Part shown: piece by piece, positions 9,103 to 16,823 of the stretch
Layout of the letters: every line of letters begins with the position of its first letter
How positions within the stretch are numbered: the first letter of the stretch is position 1
Assembly (NCBI GenBank): GCA_018623655.1
Contig: JAAZVG010000001.1
Coordinates: forward strand, 1-38,373
Length of the DNA stretch: 38,373 nt
Source of the DNA: Flavobacteriaceae bacterium
GTDB taxonomy: Bacteria > Bacteroidota > Bacteroidia > Flavobacteriales > Flavobacteriaceae
Direction: 5' to 3'
Notes under the pieces: generated by a model
Seen by the model: the letters and a program-made list of their open reading frames with translations, nothing else
Databases searched by the model: none
Told to the model about the DNA's origin: nothing
Program-made: the position numbers and the translations under genes

Positions 9103-10242
9103 ATGATGCGATTCCTAAGAACCCTTCTTCTTGTAATCACCTACGGGTCATTTCAAATTGCCATAGGCCAGATACAGTTATCTGAAAAATCAAGTATAAG
9201 TTTACTTACCTGTAGTCCTGGGCCAGAGCTTCATGCCGCATTTGGGCATTCAGCCATAAGGGTTAAAGATGATTACCAAGGGATAGATATCGTGTTTAAT
9301 TACGGAACCTTTGATTTCGAGGCCCCTAACTTTTACCTCAAATTTCTTCGGGGCGAACTCGATTATTTTTTATCAACCTCTAGTTTCATTCAATTCGCCA
9401 ATTACTACCAATATTATGGTAGAGGAGTAATCGAACAGAAGTTAAATCTAAACTCGCCCCAAAAACAAGAACTTTTTGATGCGCTGAATCAAGCACTGCT
9501 TCCTGAGAATCGTTTTTATCGCTATGAATTTTTAAAAAATAATTGCGCTACCAAGATTCCGGAAATAATTAGTTCGGCAACAGGATTAGAGATTAAGTAC
9601 ATAGATGAAATCAATAAGAATGTTACATATCGAGAATTAATCAATGAATATTTAGATAAGTACTCTTGGAATCGGTTTGGTATCACACTAATACTTGGGA
9701 GCACAGTAGATCATTTCATTACGAATAAGCAAACCTTGTTTTTACCCGATTATCTGTATAAAAAAATGAGTGGTGCCCGACTCGGAGAGGAGCTTCTAGT
9801 AGAAAGTGAAAAGAATCTAGTAGTGCGTTATTTTAAGTTTAAGAACGGTAGTTTTTTCACCTCACCCCTTTTCATAGCAATCCTCTTTTTGGTCTTTTCA
9901 CTTTATCGAATTTGGCCAACAACTACAACTCCAAATCTCGATAAGTTCGAGCACCTATTATTTGGGATACTCAGCATCACCGGTTTATTTTTAGTTTTCA
10001 TGATGCTGGGAACAGAACACCTTGCTACTAAAAACAATTTTAATATCCTTTGGCTTAATCCTCTAGCTATTTTAGGCGTTTGGTACAATAAAAGGCTTGT
10101 TTGGCTGGGCTTAGCAATTACTTCACTGTTCACGATAATTATTCAACTCACCGGTGCACAAGAAATAGGAACAATTTCTCTCCTATTGGCCATTAGTCTG
10201 GGAATCTTATATATTCGCAGAGCTGAACTTTCTCGTAACTAG
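9103..10242 (+). CDS. DUF4105 (Lnb N-terminal periplasmic domain) protein with a C-terminal polytopic membrane region
   Basis: Signal peptide, then 'LLTCSPGPELHAAFGHSAIRVKD ... YRYEFLKNNCATKIPE', typical of DUF4105. Several C-terminal TM helices. Confidence 0.8.
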   Translation: MMRFLRTLLLVITYGSFQIAIGQIQLSEKSSISLLTCSPGPELHAAFGHSAIRVKDDYQGIDIVFNYGTFDFEAPNFYLKFLRGELDYFLSTSSFIQFANYYQYYGRGVIEQKLNLNSPQKQELFDALNQALLPENRFYRYEFLKNNCATKIPEIISSATGLEIKYIDEINKNVTYRELINEYLDKYSWNRFGITLILGSTVDHFITNKQTLFLPDYLYKKMSGARLGEELLVESEKNLVVRYFKFKNGSFFTSPLFIAILFLVFSLYRIWPTTTTPNLDKFEHLLFGILSITGLFLVFMMLGTEHLATKNNFNILWLNPLAILGVWYNKRLVWLGLAITSLFTIIIQLTGAQEIGTISLLLAISLGILYIRRAELSRN

Positions 10243-10249
10243 ATCAGAT

Positions 10250-10375
10250 ATGCAGAATTTTTATATTGTTTTAGGTGCTCTTTTGGTCGTTTACTTGTTT
10301 TTACTCGTTCAGATGAAAAGAAGAAATAAAAAACGACGCTCTCGTCGTTTTTTAAAGGATAAACAAAGAGATTAA
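10250..10375 (+). CDS. Possible small membrane peptide (41 aa: one TM helix plus a basic tail); may instead be non-coding terminator sequence
   Basis: ATG at 10250, TAA at 10373-10375. Peptide 'MQNFYIVLGALLVVYLFLLVQMKRRNKKRRSRRFLKDKQRD'. The basic tail is encoded by the hairpin at 10328-10353. Confidence 0.25.
   Translation: MQNFYIVLGALLVVYLFLLVQMKRRNKKRRSRRFLKDKQRD
10328..10353 (+). terminator. Rho-independent-type hairpin, symmetric A6/T6 flanks (potentially bidirectional)
   Basis: Perfect 11-bp inverted repeat AAAAAACGACG / CGTCGTTTTTT around a CTCT loop, 86 nt downstream of the DUF4105 stop. Confidence 0.55.
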
Positions 10376-10429
10376 CCAATATTTAACACTGATTTTTTCA
10401 AAAGGAGTAGGTAGATACAATCGAACTTC

Positions 10430-10437
10430 TATTTTTG
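10430..10437 (+). promoter_or_regulatory. -7 promoter box TATTTTTG
   Basis: Exact TAnnTTTG match, 24 nt upstream of the DUF2795 ATG at 10462. Confidence 0.4.
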
Positions 10438-10461
10438 CAAAAAATTTAACTTCATAAAGAT

Positions 10462-10686
10462 ATGTACTGGACGTTAGAACTCGCCTCCTATTTAAGTGAC
10501 GCACCTTGGCCTGCTACCAAGGACGAACTTATTGACTACGCTATTAGAACAGGTGCACCCCTAGAGGTTGTTGAAAACCTTCAGTCGATGGAAGAGGAAG
10601 GAGAAGAGGTGTATGAATCTATCGAAGAGATATGGCCTGATTACCCTTCAGAAGAAGACTACCTATGGAATGAAGATGAATACTAG
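10462..10686 (+). CDS. DUF2795 domain protein (74 aa, acidic C-terminus)
   Basis: 'LSDAPWPATKDELIDYAIRTGAPLEVVENLQ' matches the DUF2795 pattern as I recall it. Confidence 0.75.
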   Translation: MYWTLELASYLSDAPWPATKDELIDYAIRTGAPLEVVENLQSMEEEGEEVYESIEEIWPDYPSEEDYLWNEDEY

Positions 10687-10711
10687 TCGTATTTATTGAA
10701 ACACTACAATG

Positions 10712-10735
10712 AAAGCCTCCACAAGAGGCTTTTTT
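10712..10735 (+). terminator. Rho-independent terminator after the DUF2795 gene
   Basis: 8-bp stem AAAGCCTC / GAGGCTTT, loop CACAA, followed by a T-run. Confidence 0.6.
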
Positions 10736-10780
10736 AATTAAATTTATCCTTGTTATTATAAGGATGCGAAAGAAAGAAAC

Positions 10781-13700
10781 ATGGCGATCGTAAATAAGAT
10801 TTTAAAAGTATTTGTCGGAGATAAGTCAGAGAAAGATGTAAAGTCGTTAAGACCTATTGTCGAAACGATCAAACAAGCAGAAAAAGAACTCTTATCATTA
10901 GATCTCGACGGCCTTAGAGCGCAATCGGCAAACTTCAAGAAAGAGATTAAGGAGGTTACTGCTACGATCACTGACGAAATTAAGTCTATAGAGGAAGAGA
11001 TCGTAAATACTGAAGATATCGATGCTCGTGAAGCACTCTATCAACAAATAGACACTTTAGAGACCTCTCAGATTGAAAAAGAACAAGAAATTCTACATGA
11101 GCTACTACCAAAGGCTTTTGCTCTAATTAGAGAAACGGCTAAACGATTTAAAGAGACCCCGCATCTTAAGGTTACCGCATCGTCATTTGATCGAACACTT
11201 TCAGGAAAAAAGGATTATGTTCAAATCGAAGGTGAGTATGCTATATGGAATAATTCATGGGATGCCGCTGGAAAAGAAGTTGTTTGGGATATGGTACATT
11301 ATGATGTTCAGCTCATCGGCGGTATCGTTTTACACCAAGGTAAAATTGCAGAAATGCAAACTGGAGAAGGGAAAACACTGGTCGCAACATTACCCGTTTT
11401 TCTTAATGCATTGACTGGCAGAGGAGTACACCTTGTAACGGTGAATGACTACCTCGCCAAGCGAGACAGTCAGTGGATGGCTCCTATTTTTGAATTTCAT
11501 GGATTAAGCGTTGATTGTATCGATTTGCATCAACCCAACTCTGCCGAACGAAAAGCAGCTTACGCTGCAGATATAACTTACGGAACCAATAATGAATTTG
11601 GGTTTGATTATCTAAGAGACAATATGGCTCATCAACCCAACGAACTTGTTCAAAGAAAACCGCATTATGCGATTGTCGATGAAGTTGATTCTGTTTTAGT
11701 AGATGATGCACGTACCCCGCTAATTATTTCTGGGCCTGTACCAGAAGGAGAGCGGCATGAATTTGATGCACTGAGACCTGTTGTAGCCGATTTAGTTCAG
11801 CAACAAAGAAGTTTCTTGACAAATCTGCTAGCTGAAGCTAAGAAACTGATACAGAGCGGGGAAACTACTTCTGGAGGATTCAAATTATTACAAGTACATC
11901 GAGGTCTTCCAAAGAACAAAGCACTCATTAAATTTCTGAGCGAGGAAGGTGTTAAACAACTCCTTCAAAAAACAGAAAGCCTTTACTTACAAGATAATGG
12001 TAAAGAAATGGTTAAGGTTGATGCAGATCTTTGGTTCACTATTGAGGAGAAAACGAATCAAATCGACCTTACTGAAAAAGGTATCCAGACCTTATCTGCC
12101 GGTCAAGACGAACACTTTTTTATTCTGCCCGATATCGGTAGTGAAATTGCTAAAATCGAAAGTTCAGGCGTATCACTCGAAGAAGAAGCAAATCGTAAAA
12201 AAGAGCTTTTCAGTGATTTTTCGGTTAAAAGCGAGCGAATTCACACGCTTACCCAACTTCTTAAAGCCTATACTCTATTCGAAAAAGACGTAGAATATGT
12301 TGTGATCGACAATAAGGTGAAGATTGTAGACGAGCAAACCGGTCGTATCATGGAAGGAAGGCGCTACTCCGATGGTTTGCATCAAGCAATAGAAGCTAAA
12401 GAGAAAGTAAAAATCGAAGCGCTTACTCAAACCTTTGCCACGGTCACACTTCAAAACTATTTCAGAATGTACCATAAATTATCTGGAATGACAGGTACGG
12501 CGGTAACTGAAGCAGGGGAGTTTTGGGAAATTTATCAATTAGATGTAGTCGAAATCCCAACGCACCGACCAATTGCTCGAGAAGATAGAGATGACTTAAT
12601 CTACAAGACAAAACGAGAAAAATATAATGCAATTATAGAAGAGGTAGTAAAACTTTCTGAACAGAGAAGACCTGTGCTAATAGGTACAACCTCGGTAGAA
12701 ATATCAGAATTGCTTTCTAAACTTCTGAGTGTTCGAAAGATAAAACACAACGTACTTAATGCAAAGCTACATCAGAAAGAGGCAGACATTGTCGCTGAAG
12801 CAGGTAATCCTGGTGTAGTGACCATTGCAACAAATATGGCCGGACGTGGTACAGATATTAAACTTTTAGATGAAGTAAAACAATCGGGAGGTTTAGCAAT
12901 TATAGGTACTGAAAGACACGATTCACGTCGAGTAGACCGTCAGCTAAGGGGTCGTTCAGGACGTCAAGGTGATCCAGGAAGCTCTCAATTCTATGTTTCC
13001 CTTGAAGATAACTTGATGCGTTTATTTGGTTCAGAGCGGATGGCAAAGATTATGGATCGTATGGGTCTCGAAGAGGGCGAGGTTATCCAACACAGCATGA
13101 TGACGAAATCAATTGAACGGGCGCAGAAAAAAGTAGAAGAAAATAACTTTGGAATTCGTAAACGTCTTCTTGAGTACGACGATGTGATGAATGCCCAGCG
13201 TGAGGTTATCTACAAACGAAGAAAACATGCTCTGTTTGGAGAACGTTTGAAAGTAGATCTCGCAAATATGATTTTCGATACCTCAGAATCAATCGTTGAG
13301 CAAGCGAAAGAAGCTTCTGATTACAAACAATTCAGCTACGATTGCATTCAAGTTTTTGGAATTGTAGAGGGTGTCAGTGAACCAGAATTCGAAAAGGGTT
13401 CAGTACCCGAATTGGCACAGAACTTGTACCAGAAAGCCTTCCAAGCCTACAATAATCAATTAACACTCAGTGCAAACCAGGCATTTCCAGTCATTGAACA
13501 AGTATTCAAAAATCCGAGTAATCAATTCAAGCGCATTGCAGTTCCGTTTACCGATGGTAGTCGTACGCTTCAAATTGTTACAGATTTAGAGAAAGCTTTT
13601 GAAACCGGGGGTAAATCTTTGATTTCAGACTTTGAAAAGAATATTGCTTTAGCGCTCATCGATGAGGCATGGAAGAATCACCTTCGCAAAATGGATGAGC

Positions 13701-14143
13701 TGAAGCAATCGGTTCAGCTAGCTGTTCACGAACAAAAAGATCCACTTCTGATCTACAAATTCGAAGCCTTCGAGCTATTTAGAAGCATGATCGATGGAGT
13801 CAATCGTGACTTGATCAGTTTCTTATTCAAAGCAGGTATTCCTACTGAGAATCCTGAGGGAGTTAGAGACGCATCTAAAATGCAGCAACCTAAAAGGCAA
13901 AAACTTAACCTTTCTAAAGAAGAGGTTTTAAATAGTGATGAGTTAGCAAGTCAAAATCGGGCTGCGGGAGCAGCAGCTACTCGCCCTACTCCAAAAGTAG
14001 AAACAGTAGTTCGTCAACAGCCTAAAATTGGAAGAAACGAGAAAGTAATTATCTTGAATCCACTCAGTGGAGAAGAGAAAGAGGTGAAATTTAAACAAGC
14101 AGGACCACTTATTAAGTCGGGACAATGGATTCTTAAATCATAA
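10781..14143 (+). CDS. secA: Preprotein translocase ATPase SecA (long Bacteroidota form)
   Basis: 'MQTGEGKTLVATLP' Walker A, 'VDEVDSVLVDDARTPLIISG', 'TNMAGRGTDIKL', 'RQLRGRSGRQGDPG'. Confidence 0.97.
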   Translation: MAIVNKILKVFVGDKSEKDVKSLRPIVETIKQAEKELLSLDLDGLRAQSANFKKEIKEVTATITDEIKSIEEEIVNTEDIDAREALYQQIDTLETSQIEKEQEILHELLPKAFALIRETAKRFKETPHLKVTASSFDRTLSGKKDYVQIEGEYAIWNNSWDAAGKEVVWDMVHYDVQLIGGIVLHQGKIAEMQTGEGKTLVATLPVFLNALTGRGVHLVTVNDYLAKRDSQWMAPIFEFHGLSVDCIDLHQPNSAERKAAYAADITYGTNNEFGFDYLRDNMAHQPNELVQRKPHYAIVDEVDSVLVDDARTPLIISGPVPEGERHEFDALRPVVADLVQQQRSFLTNLLAEAKKLIQSGETTSGGFKLLQVHRGLPKNKALIKFLSEEGVKQLLQKTESLYLQDNGKEMVKVDADLWFTIEEKTNQIDLTEKGIQTLSAGQDEHFFILPDIGSEIAKIESSGVSLEEEANRKKELFSDFSVKSERIHTLTQLLKAYTLFEKDVEYVVIDNKVKIVDEQTGRIMEGRRYSDGLHQAIEAKEKVKIEALTQTFATVTLQNYFRMYHKLSGMTGTAVTEAGEFWEIYQLDVVEIPTHRPIAREDRDDLIYKTKREKYNAIIEEVVKLSEQRRPVLIGTTSVEISELLSKLLSVRKIKHNVLNAKLHQKEADIVAEAGNPGVVTIATNMAGRGTDIKLLDEVKQSGGLAIIGTERHDSRRVDRQLRGRSGRQGDPGSSQFYVSLEDNLMRLFGSERMAKIMDRMGLEEGEVIQHSMMTKSIERAQKKVEENNFGIRKRLLEYDDVMNAQREVIYKRRKHALFGERLKVDLANMIFDTSESIVEQAKEASDYKQFSYDCIQVFGIVEGVSEPEFEKGSVPELAQNLYQKAFQAYNNQLTLSANQAFPVIEQVFKNPSNQFKRIAVPFTDGSRTLQIVTDLEKAFETGGKSLISDFEKNIALALIDEAWKNHLRKMDELKQSVQLAVHEQKDPLLIYKFEAFELFRSMIDGVNRDLISFLFKAGIPTENPEGVRDASKMQQPKRQKLNLSKEEVLNSDELASQNRAAGAAATRPTPKVETVVRQQPKIGRNEKVIILNPLSGEEKEVKFKQAGPLIKSGQWILKS

Positions 14144-14176
14144 CTTATCAAAGATATTGCTGTAATACGTCGTGAA

Positions 14177-14329
14177 ATGGTTCTTAGATTTAATTATCTA
14201 GGAATTTTGACTAGCGCCGCACTAGCTATAAACAAGGGTCTTGAATCTACTTTTGATTTATGGTTTTGGCTAATGTTATCCTTTTCAATTTTGCTCTTGG
14301 TTAATGCTCGGATATTAAAAAAACTCTAG
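14177..14329 (+). CDS. Possible small hydrophobic protein (50 aa)
   Basis: ATG at 14177, TAG at 14327-14329, ending 2 nt before the msrA ATG. Peptide 'MVLRFNYLGILTSAALAINKGLESTFDLWFWLMLSFSILLLVNARILKKL' has two hydrophobic stretches. No homology recognised. Confidence 0.3.
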   Translation: MVLRFNYLGILTSAALAINKGLESTFDLWFWLMLSFSILLLVNARILKKL

Positions 14330-14331
14330 AA

Positions 14332-14955
14332 ATGAAACGCCTAATTCTTTTCGTACTGATCGCACTTCAAGCTTGTCAAACTAAAGGTCAATCGGCTTCG
14401 AAACATATTCCCGAAAATGCAGCGGTTGCCTATTTTGCATCAGGATGTTTTTGGTGCGTAGAGGCTGTTTTCGAGAGTGTTGAAGGAGTTTATGAAGCTA
14501 TTTCGGGATATAGTGGTGGAACAGAAAAAAATCCGACCTATCGAAAGGTGAGCTATGGTCTAACTTCACATGCTGAAGCAGTAGCCGTTTATTACGACCC
14601 TACTGTTCGAAGTTTTGCCGATCTGGTCAGTATATATTACGCTTCTCATGATCCGACTAGTGTAAATCGACAGGGACCAGATAAAGGAAAGCAATATCGA
14701 TCTATCGCTTTCTATCAAAACGAATTAGAGAAAATGATTATTGAATCATATATCGATAGCATTGCTAAATATTACAGCGCTCCTATAGCTACCGAGATAG
14801 TACCTTTTGAAGTTTTCTACCCTGCTGAAGATTACCACCAAGATTACGAGAAAAATAATCCTAATGACCCTTACATTCGATCGGTGTCTATACCAAGAAT
14901 TAATCGATTCAAAAGTCTTCTTCCTGAATTTCTAAAGGAAAACAACCAACATTAA
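14332..14955 (+). CDS. msrA: Peptide-methionine (S)-S-oxide reductase MsrA with an N-terminal lipoprotein-type signal peptide
   Basis: Active site 'GCFWCVEAVF', 'HDPT', 'DYHQDY'. N-terminus 'MKRLILFVLIALQAC' is lipobox-like. Confidence 0.92.
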   Translation: MKRLILFVLIALQACQTKGQSASKHIPENAAVAYFASGCFWCVEAVFESVEGVYEAISGYSGGTEKNPTYRKVSYGLTSHAEAVAVYYDPTVRSFADLVSIYYASHDPTSVNRQGPDKGKQYRSIAFYQNELEKMIIESYIDSIAKYYSAPIATEIVPFEVFYPAEDYHQDYEKNNPNDPYIRSVSIPRINRFKSLLPEFLKENNQH

Positions 14956-14959
14956 CCTC

Positions 14960-15928
14960 ATGAGTACAGCACCCATTACAGATAAAGTTCTCTCTATTGT
15001 AGTTCCCTTATACAATGAAGTAGATAATGTCGTGTTACTTACTGAGAAGATCCACGAAAGCCTATCAGGTTATAACTATGAGATCGTGTACATCAATGAC
15101 TTTTCAACCGACGAAACGGTTCGTGTCATCAAAAAAATGGGTGATGAAACTGTTCATCTCATCGAGCTTAAGAAGAATTATGGGCAAAGTTTAGCTCTGG
15201 CAGCTGGCATTGATTATGCCAAGGGTGAATATATCATCACCATGGATGGAGACTTACAAAACGATCCATCAGACATCCCTGAGATGTTACATTGGGCAAT
15301 CAACGAACATTATAATTTAGTAACAGGTATTCGTCAGAAGAGAAAAGATTCCTGGTTAAAAACAATACCCTCTAAAGTTGCTAATTTTCTAGTAAGAAAG
15401 GTAACCAATCTCGATATTAAAGATAATGGTTGTGCCTTAAAGGTATTTTCAAGAGATATTGCTAAAAATCTGAATCTTTACGGTGAAATGCACCGATTTA
15501 TTACACTTTTAGCTTTCTTAGAAGGAGCTCAAATCAAGCAAGTTCCCGTGAAACATCATGCTAGGAATGCTGGAGTGTCAAAATATGGATTAGAACGTGT
15601 TTTTAAGGTAGTAGCAGACATGATGCTTCTGCTCTTTATCCGAAAGTACCTGCAAAGACCGATTCACCTATTCGGAATTTTCGGATTCTTTCTAATTCTC
15701 ATAGGTATAGGAATCAACGGGTGGCTACTCATCGAAAAATTCTATTATCAGAATGATATTGGCCAACGTCCACTACTGATTTTTGGATTGATGTTTATAC
15801 TCGCTGGAATACAACTCTTCACGGTGGGAATTATAATGGAAATGCTTATCAGAACATACTATGAATCCCAAAATAAGCGACCTTATCGTATTGGAAGCGT
15901 GACGATCGGTAATCAATCTCAAAAGTAA
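14960..15928 (+). CDS. Family 2 glycosyltransferase, polyprenyl-phosphate sugar synthase type (GtrB/ArnC/DPM1 architecture)
   Basis: 'SIVVPLYNE', DxD 'DGDLQNDP', and two C-terminal TM helices. Starts 4 nt after the msrA stop. Confidence 0.88.
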   Translation: MSTAPITDKVLSIVVPLYNEVDNVVLLTEKIHESLSGYNYEIVYINDFSTDETVRVIKKMGDETVHLIELKKNYGQSLALAAGIDYAKGEYIITMDGDLQNDPSDIPEMLHWAINEHYNLVTGIRQKRKDSWLKTIPSKVANFLVRKVTNLDIKDNGCALKVFSRDIAKNLNLYGEMHRFITLLAFLEGAQIKQVPVKHHARNAGVSKYGLERVFKVVADMMLLLFIRKYLQRPIHLFGIFGFFLILIGIGINGWLLIEKFYYQNDIGQRPLLIFGLMFILAGIQLFTVGIIMEMLIRTYYESQNKRPYRIGSVTIGNQSQK

Positions 15929-15932
15929 CCTG

Positions 15933-16823
15933 TTGAAAAAGAAGGCCACAACCGCACTGAAAGTTATCATAAGCGGGCTCCTCTTGTATTTCGTATTTAA
16001 TACGATAAATACAGGTAATTTTTTTGAGTACCTAAGTAGTCTTCCACTAGTAGCGCTTTGTGCTGCCTTATTACTAGTATTCGGTTCTAAGTATATTGCC
16101 CACTTCAGGTTACTAACTCTTTTTAGGTTTGTTGGAGCTGAGGTACCCCCAGGATATCATTGGAAGCTCTATTTGCAAGGAATGTTTTACAATCTGTTTC
16201 TTCCAGGAGGAATCGGAGGAGATGCCTACAAGGGTTATACCATTCAAAAACAAACAAAAAAATCAATTAAGTCAATCGTCGGATGTCTTCTTATTGACCG
16301 AATTGGTGGGCTTTATGCTCTAGGTTTATTTGGGCTCATATTTTTCATCTTAAATAGTTCCCAATTCATCAATTTGATACCGGGGCAATTATCTGAGATC
16401 TGTTTAAACGCTACAATTGTAACGCTATGGATTATCAGTTCTATCATCGCCTATTATTTAGTAAAGAAATCGACGAATTTCAATCTAAAAACACAAATCA
16501 TAACACTAGGTTATTCTTTATTATTACAAGGACTACAAATATTAGCTGCTTGGATCCTAATTGAAGCACTGAAACTCACTGGAAACACATTGAGCTACTT
16601 ATTTCTTTTTATCATTTCCTCGGTAGTTTCAGTACTTCCTATAACTTTAGGAGGTATTGGTGCAAGAGAGGTCACGTTCTTTTACGGGGCACAATTTTTA
16701 GGAATTGAAATTGATGGTTCTGTAGCTTTATCTATCTCTTTCTTTGCAGTCAATGCCCTTGTTTCCTTCATTGGAATATATTTTCATTTTAAAAAGCCTA
16801 AGGTAACCAAAGCACTCTCCTAA
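15933..16823 (+). CDS. Flippase-like polytopic membrane protein (UPF0104 / lysyl-PG synthase TM-domain family)
   Basis: 296 aa, about 8 TM segments, 'FLPGGIGGDAYK' and 'LPITLGGIGAREV' motifs typical of the family. TTG start 4 nt after the GT2 stop. Confidence 0.75.
   Translation: MKKKATTALKVIISGLLLYFVFNTINTGNFFEYLSSLPLVALCAALLLVFGSKYIAHFRLLTLFRFVGAEVPPGYHWKLYLQGMFYNLFLPGGIGGDAYKGYTIQKQTKKSIKSIVGCLLIDRIGGLYALGLFGLIFFILNSSQFINLIPGQLSEICLNATIVTLWIISSIIAYYLVKKSTNFNLKTQIITLGYSLLLQGLQILAAWILIEALKLTGNTLSYLFLFIISSVVSVLPITLGGIGAREVTFFYGAQFLGIEIDGSVALSISFFAVNALVSFIGIYFHFKKPKVTKALS

Noticed and set aside
11949-12293. A 114-aa same-strand alternative-frame ORF inside secA, the longest nested ORF.
   Set aside because: - Its very Lys/Phe/Leu-rich composition is what a +1 reading of the GAA/AAA-rich SecA helical scaffold region would give.
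- There is no independent start context.
- I see no slippery site that would suggest programmed frameshifting.
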